Part shown: positions 45,840 to 63,600 of the stretch, piece after piece
Layout of the letters: every line of letters starts with the position of its first letter
Numbering within the stretch: the stretch's first letter is position 1
Source: the human T2T-CHM13v2.0 reference genome, Homo sapiens
Direction: 5' to 3' (one strand)
Assembly: GCF_009914755.1 (NCBI RefSeq)
Contig: NC_060936.1
Length of the DNA stretch: 64,000 nucleotides
Notes under the pieces: generated by a model
What the model was told of the DNA's origin: nothing
What the model saw: only the letters and a program-made list of their open reading frames with translations
Databases searched by the model: none
Made by a program: the position numbers and the translations under genes

Positions 45840-47982
45840 ATACTTACATAAAAGCCAGCACATTTCTAAACAAGGGGCATTAACAGGCTATCATGAGTAT
45901 CAAATTTTTTTCTTCTCTCTGCATGTATCTCCTAGAAGGAGACACTTTGGTGTACCTTGCTCATGAACAGTAGGCAATAAACAAGCAGTTGGTTAATCCC
46001 GTTTGCTTCTCCCTGACTGGAAAGATCATGATGGTTGTTGGAGCACATCTCAGATCCTGTGGGAGATATTCCTGAGGGCTCACAGGCACTCCCCATTAGA
46101 CATACCCAAGTGAAGTGTGTCTAGTGGGAAATTAGGTTACTTGCCATGGAGCCGGCCCTGTGAGGAGGCCTTCACTTCTGTCCAGCAGAGCTCAGCAGCC
46201 CCTGGCTTGAGGTTTCAGGAGGACGCTCAGGTGAATGCGGCTGTCCCCCAACACTGTTGAAGACTCCACAGGGAGGGAGCGCCTCATTCCCATTCCCCAG
46301 CCACCTGGTGACGAACTGAACTGGCTTCTGTGCCTCACCCAGGCCTCAGGGAGGCTCGTGGGCTGTGAGCACCTCCCACATTTCTGCATGAGATGGGGCC
46401 TGTATGCAGATGACTTACATTCTGGCACCACCACACTCCCATATCAAAAACACACCCACCCCACGTCACACCCCTGGGAGCCCGGGAGGCCCCCTTTTCT
46501 GGAGACTTGCTGAGAGCATTTGTTCCCAGTCAGTGGGGAACTCCACACACATGAAGAGTCAATTTGCTTTTCTCATCCCAGGAGTGGAGGCTGTGATGGA
46601 ACCTCTGACGATGGAGGGGAGGGAGTTTCCCCGTTTCAGGGCGTGATCTTGGCTCCAGATCCAAGAGGAAGCTAGCTGCCTTCCCCACCCTCCGACCACA
46701 CACATGCTTGGCTTGTTGCGGTGGTGGCTGTTTTCTACATTTCCTTTGAAGAGTGATTTAGATCTGAAGTCAGAGTGTCAGGACTTCCAGAGGCCACAGC
46801 AGCCTCTTCTCTGCTCCCTTGGGACTGCGCTTCCACACGTGGGGCAGAGGCGGGGGCTGGCACTGGGTGAGGGGGTGATGGGAAGAGGCGTCGCCTCACT
46901 CCTGAGAAGCCTTGCCACGTGTTGATGTGTATGGGTCTGGCTGCTGGCTTCCCCAGGTCACCGACTTATTTTTTAAATTTCCTTTAAATTACTCAGGTAA
47001 CACACAAATACGCCTCCTTGTTAAAAAATTACATATAACGCTGTCTGCTGGAGGCTTTGGCCCTGGTGTAGCCTGGGCCCAAGGAAGCCTCATTACACCC
47101 CTCCGAGAACCAGGCTGTGGCCACCAGGTTTTTGTTCATCTTTTCTATTATGTGAGGTTGGTGCTGCAGTTTTCCTGCTGATGCCCCTCTGTGGTCCTGG
47201 TGGCTGCAGGACACAGGGCCCTCTGTTGTCTGTGCAAGAGTTCACAGCAGGCTGTGGCTTTGGGAAGACAGAGGAGAAGATGTCTTTTCCAGGCGGTTTT
47301 AAGAGACCCTGTGATGGATTAAAATAACCCTAAGATACGGGGCGGCAGGGGTGGGGGACAAAGCAAAAAGAGTAAACGTTCCATTTTGCCAAAACATTAG
47401 TAGTAGACAGCACTAGGATAATTGGGTTGAGGCTGGAGGAGCTGTCAGACAGATGCTGTGATGATAGCCCTGTGAGTCCTTTGGTTCTGCAGTGGGGTCC
47501 GAGGTGCCTGTCAGGGGCACCAGAGCTGCTGCTTCCTGGGAAAGGAGGGGCTTTTGGTCGAGGCCAGGATGGCGCTCATGAGGGGGGCTGCCCTCGTGGC
47601 TCTGTCCTGCACAAGTCAGTGCCTTCCTGAGGGCTGGTCACCCTGAAATGGGGGAAGGGTCTCATTGGAGCAATGATGGCTCAGGAATGGGTCACAGAAC
47701 AGAGCAGGCATCGGACAAATAAGAGATGCTTGACTTGACTGACTGGGAATCCATCAGACACCATTTATCCCGGAGCCATGCCACCTCTGAGCAGCCCTGG
47801 GTCCTGGTGGAGTCGCTGGCCTCCTGAGCCTCCAACTATGGCTCCTGAAGGTGTCTGTGCCTTTCATTTAGGGTAGAGCATAGCTGCAGAGTCCTCCGAG
47901 CTGGCACCCAGGAGCAGCCCAGGAGAGAACGCCAGTCTCCGGAACAAGGTGGTCTCATGGACCTGTTCACTGATTCTTTTGT

Positions 47983-48490
47983 TCATTCATTGAACAGATA
48001 TTTAGTAAGCACCTGCTGTATGCCAGATGCCCTCTAGGTCCTGGGGATGCAGCCGTGAATGAGACAGAAGCTCTATCCTTTCTGTAGTGGATATTGTAGA
48101 GGGGAAGGTAGCAAACACACACAGTGGACAGTGGATATGTAATATGCCACATGGTGATCAAGACTATGAAAACATCAGTGAGTGGAATGGAGCTAGAGTG
48201 GGCAGGGTGCCGGTGCTGTTTAGAACAGGTAGGGAAGGGAAGGTCTCTCTGAGGAGCTCCTCCTGCAGAGGCCTGGTAGGGAGTGGGGAAGAGCCTGTGG
48301 CTACCTGGTGGGGAGTGGGGAGGGAGCCTGTGGCTGCCTGGTGGGGAGCACCCTATGGGGAGGCACGTCCTAGGAGGAGGAGTGTCCTAGAGGGAGGGCC
48401 CGGCACCTGCCAGGGCCCTCGGGTGGGTTGGGGAGGGCAGAGCAGAGGGCAGCATGACCTGGGCCAGGTGATGTGGGACCACACCCACAA
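47983..48490 (-). mobile_element. L2 3-prime end
   Basis: ttcattcattgaacagatatttagtaagcacctgctgtatgccag...ctggggatgcagccgtgaatgagacaga. Confidence 0.75.
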
Positions 48491-48631
48491 TGGATGGAGA
48501 TAGACATCAGTGGCTATGCCTGTCCCTACCTGAGGTCGCCCAGCTGTAAGGGTCTCGCTCTCACATCAGTGCTGAGAACCAGGGGCCTCTTCAGCAGCGT
48601 CATGCATCGTGTTTGCTTTCTTTCATTTCAG

Positions 48632-48705
48632 ACACGTAAGCAGCACAGTGAGGCCACCAACAGCAGCAACCGAGTCTTCGTGTACTGCGCCTTCCTGGAC
48701 TTCAG
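48632..48705 (+). CDS. ADGRD1: ADGRD1/GPR133 internal coding exon (C-terminal GAIN region, start of GPS motif)
   Basis: Polypyrimidine tract and acceptor ttgctttctttcatttcAG (AG at 48630-48631). The 74 nt are 24 codons + 2 nt, encoding TRKQHSEATNSSNRVFVYCAFLDF. Donor is CAG|gtaccc. The phase-2 end joins 56375 to make AGC (Ser). Peptide recognised as GPR133; contains an N-S-S sequon. Confidence 0.95.
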
Positions 48706-49565
48706 GTACCCTCTGCACAGGGGAGAGCAGGTGGGCATGAGGTGTCCAAGCCCAGGCCCGCCCCATGCCAGCCCAGGGGAGGATCTGGGTCACCCATTTC
48801 TGCAGCTGACATGGTTGCGTTATGCGAAAATGCTGGAAATGCTGGAGATGTGGGCAGGGCCTGGTGGCAGTGCTGGGTGGAGGCCTCCCCTCCAGACCAT
48901 GCGAGGAGGGGCCTGCTGTTGCACGATGTGTCTGGACAAAGCCTCTGAATGCCCAGGGCAACTTTCAAGCCAGTGCAGCAGATGCTCGGGGGAGCTGGAG
49001 GATGCTGTCCGTTGGAGCAGGCCCTACAGCCCTGGCTGTCCCCCTCGAGGGTCTTGGAGCAGCTGAGGAAGGGGGTTGGGGGAGTGGCTTCTGACTAGCC
49101 ACGTTGGCATTTTCCTGTTTGAAACCTTGCCGGCTCCACTGGAGCAGGCTGACCATCAGGCCTGCCTAAAACTCTGAGGCCTCAGCCCCTGCCACTTGGG
49201 CCCTGACTGGGACGTCCTCCCCAGCATCTCCCATGTCCACTTGTCACACCTGTCACATGCAGTCTCCTCCCGCCCTCCTAGCCCCTGCCCCAGCTCGCCT
49301 CCACGGCTCACCTGCCCAATGTCTGGGGGATCTCCCACCATCGCTGTGATCACAATTCTCCTCTAGACGTGAGCCCACCATGAATGGCTCCCACAGTCAC
49401 AGCGGTGTTGAAAACTCAGCTCCCCGCAGGGCCGGGGAGTGGAGGGAGGGGTGGGGCTCCCGGATCCTCAGCTGCTGCTCAGCTGTGGCCCCTGGGGCTT
49501 GTTCCATGTGGGATGCAGGTTGCAGGTCCTGTGTTGCCAGGTCATCAGTTTTCATGGCTGGATAT

Positions 49566-49739
49566 TGTTTTTGTTTTTGTTTTTTTGAGACAGGGTCTCA
49601 CTCTGTCACCCAGGCTGGAGTGCAGTGGTGTGATCTTAGCTCAATGTAGTCTGAAACTCCTGGGCTCAAGCAATCCTTCCGCCTCTCAAAGTGCCTCTCA
49701 AAGTCCTGGGACTACAGGTGTGAGTCACTGTGCCTGGCT
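49566..49739 (-). mobile_element. Old Alu monomer (FRAM/AluJ-like)
   Basis: Single-arm antisense Alu of ~170 bp with probable TSD atggctggat / atggctagat. Confidence 0.85.
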
Positions 49740-50419
49740 ATGGCTAGATTATTATATGAACTGTCCCAATGTTTAAAACACTGCACAGGCAGCTGGAACA
49801 CATCTGGGACATCCAGTTCACACCCTGCCTAGTGGCCCATCACCCTGCATGTTGTCAGGGCTCCCCAACACCTGGGCATCTTCCTGTGCCTGGACTCACT
49901 TCCCCAGCTCCCTCCTCCTGCTGCTTCAGGGCAGGATCCACACAGGCTGTGCCACCTCTGCTGGTACGGTCCCCGTCAGAGAAAGCGTCTCTGCTCCCTG
50001 CACCCAGAGGGCCAGGAGATTGCAAGACGCTGAGCTGGGGGTGCAGCAGCGGGTCGGCATAATCTCCCTTTATCTCTGTTCTGTGAACAGCGAGGAAAGT
50101 GCAGCCCAGCTCCTGTCACCTCCAGCAAACACTGCTTACATTTTTGACCCCCGGGATGCCTCACTCTGGCTATGGCCGTCGGCGTCTGGCTATGACCGTT
50201 GGCGTCATGCCTCTGCAATGTGGATTGATGCTCTGTAATTTCAGTGATTTTGCCCTGGTCAGGCTCAGCAGGTTGCAGCTCTTTTTCCTTTATTTGTAAA
50301 TTGTGAAAATTTGGAAGCATGTGCTCCTAGAAATAGTTATTCCAATTCCGGGGCACTGTTTGGAGAAAAAAATTATGACTAGAAAACGGGATGGGATTTG
50401 GTAAGAACTAAATTGGCAT

Positions 50420-53740
<3,321 letters not shown>

Positions 53741-55154
53741 TTTTCTAGACTGATACTTTAAGAAATTATACAAGTAATATATCAATATATTATTTTGTTC
53801 AAAAGTAAAACATTATAGAAAAGCAAGTGTTCCCTTTGATCTTTACCTCTTATCCTGATCTCCACCCCTTTCCCCAGTAATAACCACGGTGGGAGGGTTT
53901 TTTATGTGTTTTTTCAATAATTTATATATAATTTATATTTATAATCATAGGAAATATATGGTGTTGCTTAATTCAATGTGTCTTCCATCCTTCCTCCACC
54001 TTTTGTTTCTGTGTTTTGCCTGTGTGGACACACATGTTTTTTACCGTATTTATGCATGTTACATTTTATGTATGCATGACTGAACATTTTTCTGTTTAGA
54101 TGCAGACTTCCTGGGTCATAGGGCCGTACATATCTTTAATGCTATTGATACTGCTTCATCTGGCTTCCATAGCAGATTTATTTATGCACAAGCTGCAAGC
54201 CTGCCTCTTTGTTTTCGCTGAGTCCCTGGGAAGTAGATCTTCATTGATGCCACTGAAGGCTCTACTCCTCCGGCTAACTAGGTCATCGTCACACCTTTGC
54301 AGCTCCATCTGAGCGATGTGACTTTCATATTGTTTAGCTTACCCTTTGTGTAAGCAGAAGGGGCAGCTCATACCTGTGGCTACATTCACCTAATCCAATG
54401 CCTGTTAATGTTCAGGCCCCCCCCTCAAATTGAAGTATGGTACTTATGCAGCCAATTGACAGACAAAGGCGCAATATATAACACAACAGCTGGTGTTTGC
54501 TGACTCCCTCCAAGGTCCTGGGAAAATTAGATCAAAAGGGGTGGGGAGGGAGAGGAGGAGGACATGACCCTGTCTTTAAGTCCCATCAATTCTGAAGTTA
54601 TTAATGGGGTTTTGCTCCTCTCAGTTGGTACGTCTGAGTGGCTCTCGCTTTGTCCTCTGCTCTCTGCTAAATGCCTTCTCCCTCCCCTAGAAGAGCAGAT
54701 CATTAATCATGAAAATCACCACTGAACTGCTGTCTGAGTCTCCATCCTCAAACTCAGAGCCACCCCTGGGTCATGTCGGAAAGACCGTCCCAACCCCTCC
54801 CTCGCGCTCCACGTCGCCCAGGGCTAACGCAGGGTTACCGTTGCCCGAGGCTGCTGGTGCGTGTTCCATCTGGTAGACATTGGCCAGAGAGGTACAAGCT
54901 GGGGTCTTCATCGGTCATGCCACCGGACAGCCACAGTTCTCATCTGCCACATCCATGCTGACACCGCAGTTGAAAGTGAATTCAAAGCAAATACAAACTA
55001 GAGCCTTTTAATTTATTCGCCTTTATGAATGCTTTCCCCCAAGGGCCATTGCCTTTGGCTGAAGTAAGGATTTGTCTTTACTGATAACTTGAGGTTCCAA
55101 CTTCAGGGAAGAACCATTTAAATCTTTTTTTTTTTTTAATTTGAAAATATAGAA

Positions 55155-55509
<355 letters not shown>

Positions 55510-56374
55510 TCACACCAACAGGTTTAACCACAGTTAACCGAGAGCACGTTTGCTTCCAGTCATTTTTGTCTGGCTTTATATTTTATAAAGTTACGCAAGT
55601 AATATATCCACACGTTATTCACGTAAAAAGTAAAACATAAAAAAGCAAGGGTCTCCTTAGACCTTTACGTCTCATCCTGATCTCGCCACCCTGTCTCTGG
55701 CGGTAACACCGTGGGGAGTTTCTGTGTGAGCGTTTTCTCTGTAGTCTCTGTGCCGGTCATAGCTGTGTTCGTGGGAAGTGTGTGGTGCTGTTGGCTCCAC
55801 GGGCCTTGCGTCGTGGTTAGTCACTGTACGTTGTGTTTTGGTATTTTATCCTTATCAGTGCACATTGGTCAAGGATGTTCTTTTTAACCGATGCGAGGTC
55901 TTTTATCATATTTCTCTCTCCCACACTGCACTCACCCGTTTCCCCCGATGGGCATTTATGTTACCGTCACTCATGATTCAGTGACTGGGCTTGAATGTGG
56001 TCCCTGGCGTGTGCCGCTGCCCGTTCTCTAGGCGCAGGGCTGTGGGCCATGTGCGTTTCATTTTGTGCTGGGCTTGGTCCAGGTGCTTTTCAGGGTGATT
56101 GTGCGAAGCAGCTCCCCCTTCCCTGTCCCAGAGGGAGGGCCTTGCTTCCTGTGGCCTGACCAGCAGCAGACACTCTCCAGCTCTCGCCAGCCTGATGGCC
56201 AGAATCTCTCCTCCCAACCCCCACACCACGGTCTGGGTGTGCATTCCTGGCGTGGCAGGTGTGGGCGCCGCCATGAGTTCACGGGGCCATGTGTTATGGG
56301 GGGTGCTGCTCTCAGTCCCCTGCCTGCCAAGGGTGCGGTGCTACCTCCTCTGATCCTTTCTCCTGTGTCCTCAG

Positions 56375-56498
56375 CTCCGGAGAAGGGGTCTGGTCGAACC
56401 ACGGCTGTGCGCTCACGAGAGGAAACCTCACCTACTCCGTCTGCCGCTGCACTCACCTCACCAACTTTGCCATCCTCATGCAGGTGGTCCCGCTGGAG
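56375..56498 (+). CDS. ADGRD1: ADGRD1/GPR133 coding exon with GPS autoproteolysis site and Stachel tethered agonist
   Basis: Acceptor tgatcctttctcctgtgtcctcAG (AG at 56373-56374). The 124 nt are 1 nt + 41 codons: [41 protein letters not shown]. Donor is GAG|gtaaga. The W..GC...CxCxHL|TNFAILM pattern is the adhesion-GPCR GPS; cleavage falls between L (56457-56459) and T (56460-56462). Confidence 0.97.
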
Positions 56499-56799
56499 GT
56501 AAGAGCCAGGCCTCAGGGGTCGCGGGACCTGGGGGACGTACCATGAGGCTGCAGGTGGGGGCGGGAGGATGCTTTGCCCGCCAGTGCCCACGGGCCCTGG
56601 GCACATTACTCCATGGGGCCTGTGTTTACAGACGGAATCCATTCTCTTGGCTTCTGTAGTCCAGGGTCCTGCATGTATTGGGTGCCAGCAAATATCCGAG
56701 GAGCCCATGATTGTGTAAATCGAGTCCAGTGTGGTGTGCTTCGCACAGCAACGCCCAGACTGCACCTGGGGGGATCCAAGGAGGGACCCCTCATCCCTC

Positions 56800-57450
56800 C
56801 ATCTGTCCCTCTGGCAGATTCTCACTGGGCGCCTGCTGGGAGCCGGGCGCTGGGGGCTCCGCTGTAAACAAGAAAAACAACACAGTCCTGCTCTTGAGGA
56901 GTTTGTGTTCTAGTGGGAAAGACAGATAATAAACAAACCAGCAGATAAATTAGTCACTTTGAATCAGTGGAGGAAGAAAGTGGAAGAGAACAGCCCAGTA
57001 GAAGATGACCTCAGGGAACGAGGCTGTGTTCACGGAGTGGTGAGGAGACAGCGGGGAGCGGGGCGTCTTCACGGAGCGGTGAGGAGAGGTGTCTCCGGGA
57101 TGTGGCGTCTGAATGGCCAGAGGAAGCTGATGTCTTGAAGGCCTGGGGGCAGAATGTTCTAGGCCAGGAAACAGCAAGTGCACAGGACAAGGGGCAGGAA
57201 GGGGCTTGGCATGGCCGTGGATGGAGCACCCTGAGCTCCAAGGCCCTGGGGAGGCGGGAGGCAGGGAGGAGCAGGCTCAGCTCCAGCATCCAGGCCTCAG
57301 GGAGGAGCGTGAGTTTCATTCTAGATGCATAGGAAGCCTTTGGAGAGCTGTGCCTGGGAGCAGCTTGGTCTGAGCTACCCTGGGTTTGGGGTGGGGCACG
57401 TAGACGCTCATGTAGGTGGAAACCAGGAGTGGAAGGAGGTGTTGCTGCTG
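56800..57450 (-). mobile_element. Diverged L2
   Basis: gggcgcctgctgggagccgggcgctggggg...aacaag...cctgctcttgaggagtttgtgttctagtgggaaagacagataataaacaa. Confidence 0.6.
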
Positions 57451-58724
57451 ACACTGCACACTGCACACCCACACTCACGTCTGTCGGTTGCGCTCACAGA
57501 AGGGCTGGTTTGGACAGCATAGATGTGGCTGCTCCGAGCCAGGCTGGGTTTGGCAGATGTGTTGGGAAACGGCGATCTGTTGGATGCTGGGCTGTAACCT
57601 GTGGCTGGTGTTGGGCATTTTGGGGCCTGAGAGAGGGCCAGGCTGGAGGGTAAGTCAGGCAGGGAAGCAGTGACGCCTCCAGCGTCTCCCGGACAGATTT
57701 GTCACGAGACTCATCTTCCGTGCGGAGCCCTGGTCTTTTAGAGCCTCATGTGCTCATCGTGGCCACTGACTTCTGGAGGCTCGTCCCCAGTCTAGGGCTC
57801 TTCAGGGTGGCTTTGGGAGGAGTCAGGATGTCTCTGATCACAGCAGCTCCCGGGAGGGGGCACCAAGCTCAGGTGGTTCCCAGCAGGCACTTTGTCACCA
57901 GGGCTTGAACACCCGTCCCTGCCTGGGTCACTGCCTGCCTCTGTGGTCACGTTTATCAAGGCTGTGGACAGGCAGAATCTACCTGAATCCACCAGCGTCC
58001 GCAGTGTCTGCACTGGGCCAGAGGGTGATGCTGCCCCGCGTGTCCTGCGTGGTTTTGTGTGGGTTTTGGGGGTGTTGAATGGGTTGGGCTTCCACTGTCC
58101 TGTTGACCAGGAGACAGAACTCTTCAAGGTGTAACGGAGGCAGAATCCTAGCTTCGCCTTCTCCCATCCTGGGAGACTTTTCCTATTCCAGAAAGAGGGC
58201 CCAGGAATGCAGCCTCCCAGGGGTGCTGTGGGAAGGACACGAGTCCACTGCGACACAGTCACGGATCCAGCGCTCAGCCCAGGCGCCCCTCGCTCCCTAA
58301 CAGAAACCACCAGCAAACCTAAGCCACGGGGTTCTGTGTGCAGAGGCCTGATGGACCACAGTTAACTCTCAGATCAATGGAGACAGGGCCCTGGTTTTTG
58401 GAAGTGACTTGTAATGCTGCTGGGGCAGATGGAGATAACCTCATCTTTAAATTCCATGGAAAATAAAATGGCAGATGCTCCTGAGCTGCAGCCCCTCACA
58501 GGGCGAAAGACGCACGTGGCACCTGCAGCCAGTGTGATCCCGGCCTCACTGGCCGACGGGCAGCTGCTCACGTGAGCGCGTATGAGCCTCACTCTGCAGA
58601 AGACGCCAGAGGGAAACAGCTATTCCTGTTTCCAAAGAGAAGGCCCTTTCTTTTCACAAAATGCATGCTTGATGTCACACTGTGAATTACTTATGGAGAC
58701 TGCAGAGAGATGTCCAAGCCATAT

Positions 58725-59096
<372 letters not shown>

Positions 59097-59710
59097 TCTG
59101 AGACATATCTTAAGTGGATAGGAGGGGGCACCATTCACCCTCGGGTCCCTCGTGCACAGACACACACCCAGCATCCTAGACCTACGTGCTTTGGAGCCTG
59201 GACCCAGGAGCCCTTGGCGCTGCGTGAGATGAAATGTCAGGTGACAGGGGACCGGCAGCCTCCTCAGTAGCTTCCATGCCGCAGGGTCCCCCAAGAAGGG
59301 CCGGCCACGAAGCAAGTGGAACTGCCAAGCCCTTGCGTGCCGGGGCTTTCCGGCTCAGGGCCGTGGGGTTTTAGAGGTTCCGAAGGGGCGGCTCTGTTGT
59401 GAGGCTGGTGGGACCCAAGCCCACCCGTTGCCCGCACCCTTCAGTGGTAAATATTGTGCAGGCAGCTGTGACCCGCCAGATAATCCCGAGGGGATGTTCC
59501 TTAAGGAGTGTTTCCCCTAGAGCAGCTGCCCCGCCAGCGACTGCCCCTTCCCAGTCCCCACGCCCCCCCATGCCTTCCCAGTGGCCCCTCTTCTCCTGGC
59601 CTGCAGACCCCAGAGCCTCCATGTGGAGGTGGGCCCTTCGCGGCTGGGGAGGGCCATGACCTGGATCATTGGCGGCAATTTAAAGAAAATTAAACAGAGT
59701 AAATGAAACC

Positions 59711-59724
59711 ACACCAGAGGGCGG
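59711..59724 (+). promoter_or_regulatory. Possible CTCF site
   Basis: ACACCAGAGGGCGG resembles the CTCF core CCAC/GCAG(A/G)GGGCGC; motif match only. Confidence 0.3.
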
Positions 59725-61331
59725 TGAACGTAGAAACAGTTCCTGGGTTTAAATTTCTTGCCATGGACCAGGCCTCAGTTTGAGGAGCACCGTCCTCTGC
59801 GGACGGCCGTGACGCCTTCTCTCTCCTCCCACGGGCTCCGTTTCTCCTCTCCCCTCCCGCCAGGGCCCGGCCCACAGGGCTCCCTTTGGGCTTCCCTCGT
59901 GGTGTCGTAGGGAGCAGCCCAGGGGAGAAGGCGCAGAGCTGCCCCCATGGAGAGCACCTGTTCGTTCCTGGAGATGGGCGGACTGCACGGTGCTGTGGCC
60001 AAGGCTGCTCGTCTTACCAGCAGAGAAACTGAGCCCCAGAGAGAGGGGGGCGCTTGCTGGTGGTCGCCCGTCGTTCAACAGCGTGTTATTGAATTACCGG
60101 TAGAGCCTGGGCTGTTTAGGTAGCACCCGGGCCATGGGGACCTGGCAGTGAGGATGCTGTGGCACGCACAGAGACACAGCAAGTCAGTGCACGCCACGTC
60201 CTGCCCCGTAAGGGCCACGCGGGAGATCATGTCGGATGACTTGTGGATAATTAGGCTCTAAAACGCAGTCCTGGTGATGCCGGAGCTGTTTGAAAGACGG
60301 AAGCCCAGGAGGGCCTGCCTGAGAAGGTGGCGGTGGATTCTACATCTCAGGGTGGAGAGGATGGAGCCTCCCGGCCCTGAGCAAGGACAGTCCGGGCAGA
60401 GGACAGGGTGGGGACGGAGGGCAAGGAGGGAGCAGCCAGGGGTGGTCCTCGGGGAAACGCCAGGGCGGAGGCAGGGGCTCCAGGCCCAGGGGTCGTGAGG
60501 GGCAGGAGGCAGGGAGCAGGAGAGGTGGCGGAGGCTGCTGCGGTGACTCGAGAAGCGGCACCCCGCTGGTGTGGCGGGGGTGGAGGGGCACGAGTCCCCC
60601 TGCAGATGACCAGGGTTGCCCCATCTTCGACTAAGAAAGCTGGCGATCTGTTTCTCCCACGAAATCTTCTGACTGTTAGAGGTGTCGTCAGTTATTACTT
60701 CTGAGCCATATGTGAGAGGTCATCTGTGTGCTGACCAGACGCCTGGGGTCTTGTGAAGATGCAGACCCCACATTCAGGGGGTCTGGGGTGGGGCCTGGCA
60801 TCCTCATTTCCGACAAGGCCCGGGTGGAGTGAGGCCTCACCGGTCCCAGACCACCCTCTGAGCAGCCCCAGGCACAGGCGCCCAGTCTGCAAACATCAGC
60901 TCGCATTTCTGTTCGTGTCATGGGACCCGGCTGCAGCAACTGTTACCAAATCTGAGGATGGATAGTCCGGCCCCACATGTGTGCTCGTTGGCATGTGAAG
61001 AACTTCCCTTGTCGCAGGAGCTGAGGGGGGAACTGGAGAGACAGGTCCTCAGCCTGGAAGTGAGTGAAGAGAGAACCTGGAAGATTCAGAGACAAAAGAA
61101 ATAGACCATGGGTTAAAAAGGAGCCCGAACCAAGGGCCAGTGGGCGGGGCTTCTGGACACAGGCATTGCCTTCAGGGAACGGGGAACGTCTTCCTTCATG
61201 CACAGCTCTGCAGAGTGGGCACCGGCCCCACTGGCTGCCGGGAGCCATTTATTGAATGCTGGCTGGTGATTGTGGCCTTCACACAGCCGACCACCTGGGA
61301 GTAAGGGGAAGACAGTAACAGGCACCATTTC

Positions 61332-61540
61332 AGATGCTCCCTGCCTGTAGATGCTCTTAACTGTTGGATACTCCCTGCCTGCAAGTGCTCCCTGCCAGTG
61401 GGTGCTCACTTCCTGGTAGTGCTCCTGGCCAGTGAGTGCTCCCTACCTGATGGGTGCTCCCGGCCAGTGAGTGCTCCTTGCCTGGAAGGTGCTCCCTGCC
61501 TATGGGGGCTCCCTGCCTGTGGATGCTCCCTGCCTCATTG
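61332..61540. repeat. Degenerate ~17-18 bp tandem repeat, ~11-12 copies
   Basis: Recurring (G/A)TGCTCCCTGCC(T/A)G. Confidence 0.8.
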
Positions 61541-62989
61541 GGGCTTGCATTCAGGCCTGCCCTCTCCTTCAGTCCACACCACACGAGTGAGGTGCTGTCA
61601 TGTGGCCATCACAGACAAGAGTCATAGGTGATTCCCTGAGGTCACATCAGGGGGCAGAGCCCAGCCTTGAGCCAAATCCCGAATGTTGGGGTTGTGCCCA
61701 TGCTCTGGAGCATCAGCTGCCTGGGAGCAGAGCCTCCTCCTCTGGATCCTCTATAGGCTGAGAACTAAAGCCCAGTGTGACTTCCTTCTTGGCATGGCCA
61801 GAGAGAGGGGGAGTTACACTTTCAGCTGAAAACTGTGTTTTTGTGTGTTGTGTGTTTGTGGTAGAGGAAGGAAGGGAAGGGCCCAGTCCAGCGAGTAAAA
61901 AACCTGGGACAGAGACGACTTACGGTCTCCATCCGTCACCGTTCCCTCTCAGTGACACTGGATTTTGACAGTCTGTGGGTGTCTTCGTGGGAGCAAATCG
62001 CATCTATTCATTGCCAGAAAAGGTTGATTTGAAAATGGTTTAAAATTATCTGTGCTAAAAATGAACATTCTCATCAACATTAAAAAAAGTTAAGGCTGAT
62101 ATCATAAGTAGAAACCAAATTTGCAGCATACTCAGAGAATTAATAAAAATAGCACCAGTGACCTTATTTCTGTGACCTGGAGTCATGTCTTCCACGGGGC
62201 CCTGGGCTCGCACTGCTGGTTTTGGGTTCCTGGTGCAGGCTTTCTGCTCAGGAGCTCACATCCTCATCGTGTCCCTTCTCTCTCCGAGGTTTTCCCCTGG
62301 CTTTTCTCCATATCCAGCCTCCTCCTTGGCGGTTGTTTCGGGAAGCCCTCTTCCTCCTAAGTGGGCAGTGTCCTTTTTGTGGAAAGCCTATCAGACAACA
62401 GAGTTCACCTGAGTGAACTGGACCTAGCTGGGGTGGGCTCCAGGGCTGCTGTCCAGGGGAGGGAGACCCCAAAACGACACTCTGTCTTTGCATGCTGCTG
62501 TCAACATGGTGATTAGGGCCCAGGCCCTGAGGAGCCATGTCAAGGCATCTGCTGATGGACACTGCGATGGCTTCCAGCGTCTGGCGACTTCCAGTGGTTC
62601 CGGAGTGCATGACCCTGCACATGCTTCTTTAGAATAAATTCCTGGCAGGTGAATCTGTGGGCAAAGGGCACAGGCATGTTGATTTTGAAAGACATTGCCG
62701 CATTGCACTCTGGGAACCGTGTACCAATTTATTGCTCCTCCAGCCAGGGTCAAGAATGGGTAGCTTTGCTTTACATGTGAGTCACAGAAACATGGCGTCA
62801 TCTCTGGGTGCTTCTAACTTCTCCTGCTGAGTGCAGTTCAAGCAGGGGAACGAACCCCTGGGCTGTCCAGTAGATCTGCATCCAGACCCACCCTTCACCA
62901 CCCCAACTGCTCCACTCCCCAGGCCTAATTTCTGCCCCTTTGAAATTAGCAACCCCAGATCCAGTAAGAACCCAGAGAAGGCAAGTTTT

Positions 62990-63600
62990 TCTTTTAATTG
63001 GATAAAATTATCCTAGAAAAGTAGGCCATTGGAACAGATAGAGAATTCATCCAGAACAGACCCTGTAACTTCTCAGTACACCCATGAGAATCTATGTCAG
63101 AGAATTAAAAGAATCAGCAAGTAAGATGACATAAAAAAGTATAAAATCAGAATATTGACATTATTTATAGTAGAAATAACAGAAGCATGAATAAACATAA
63201 CACTAATGATTGTGTAAATTCTAATACATCCACGCTAAGGGAGATTATTCATCTCTATACTAAAAGAGGAATGATGAAGTCACGAAACGTGGTGTAACTG
63301 TGAAAGAATGGGGTTGTCACCATGCCAGTGCGTTTGCAGGGATTTCCAAGGTAACATTGTGTGAAAAGGACAAGACGTAGACTAGAGTGATACATATCCC
63401 ATTTTTGTAAAGCCACGCCAAAATCCCCTATGCGTGGGTGTGTTTCTGTATATGTGTTTAAATATGCAACATTTGTATCTTGGTATGTGATTATCAGAAA
63501 GGCACGGGCAGTGCATTCAAGGTTGTTAGTGGGCAGGGGCGAGGAGGGGGCCACAGAGGTGAGGCAGTGGCAGGAGCTGGGGAGAGAAAGGACTGTAAAC
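62990..63600 (+). mobile_element. Ancient L1ME-like 3-prime end
   Basis: A-rich text: acattatttatagtagaaa...atacatccac...taaaagaggaatga...atcccatttttgtaaa. Confidence 0.55.

Noticed and set aside
48473-49066. 197-aa ORF as a standalone gene
   Set aside because: Only 48632-48705 is bounded by splice sites and matches GPR133; the remainder is intronic read-through.
57640-57660. Strong isolated donor-like site GG|GTAAGT at 57650
   Set aside because: No convincing upstream acceptor or coding similarity; such sites occur by chance.
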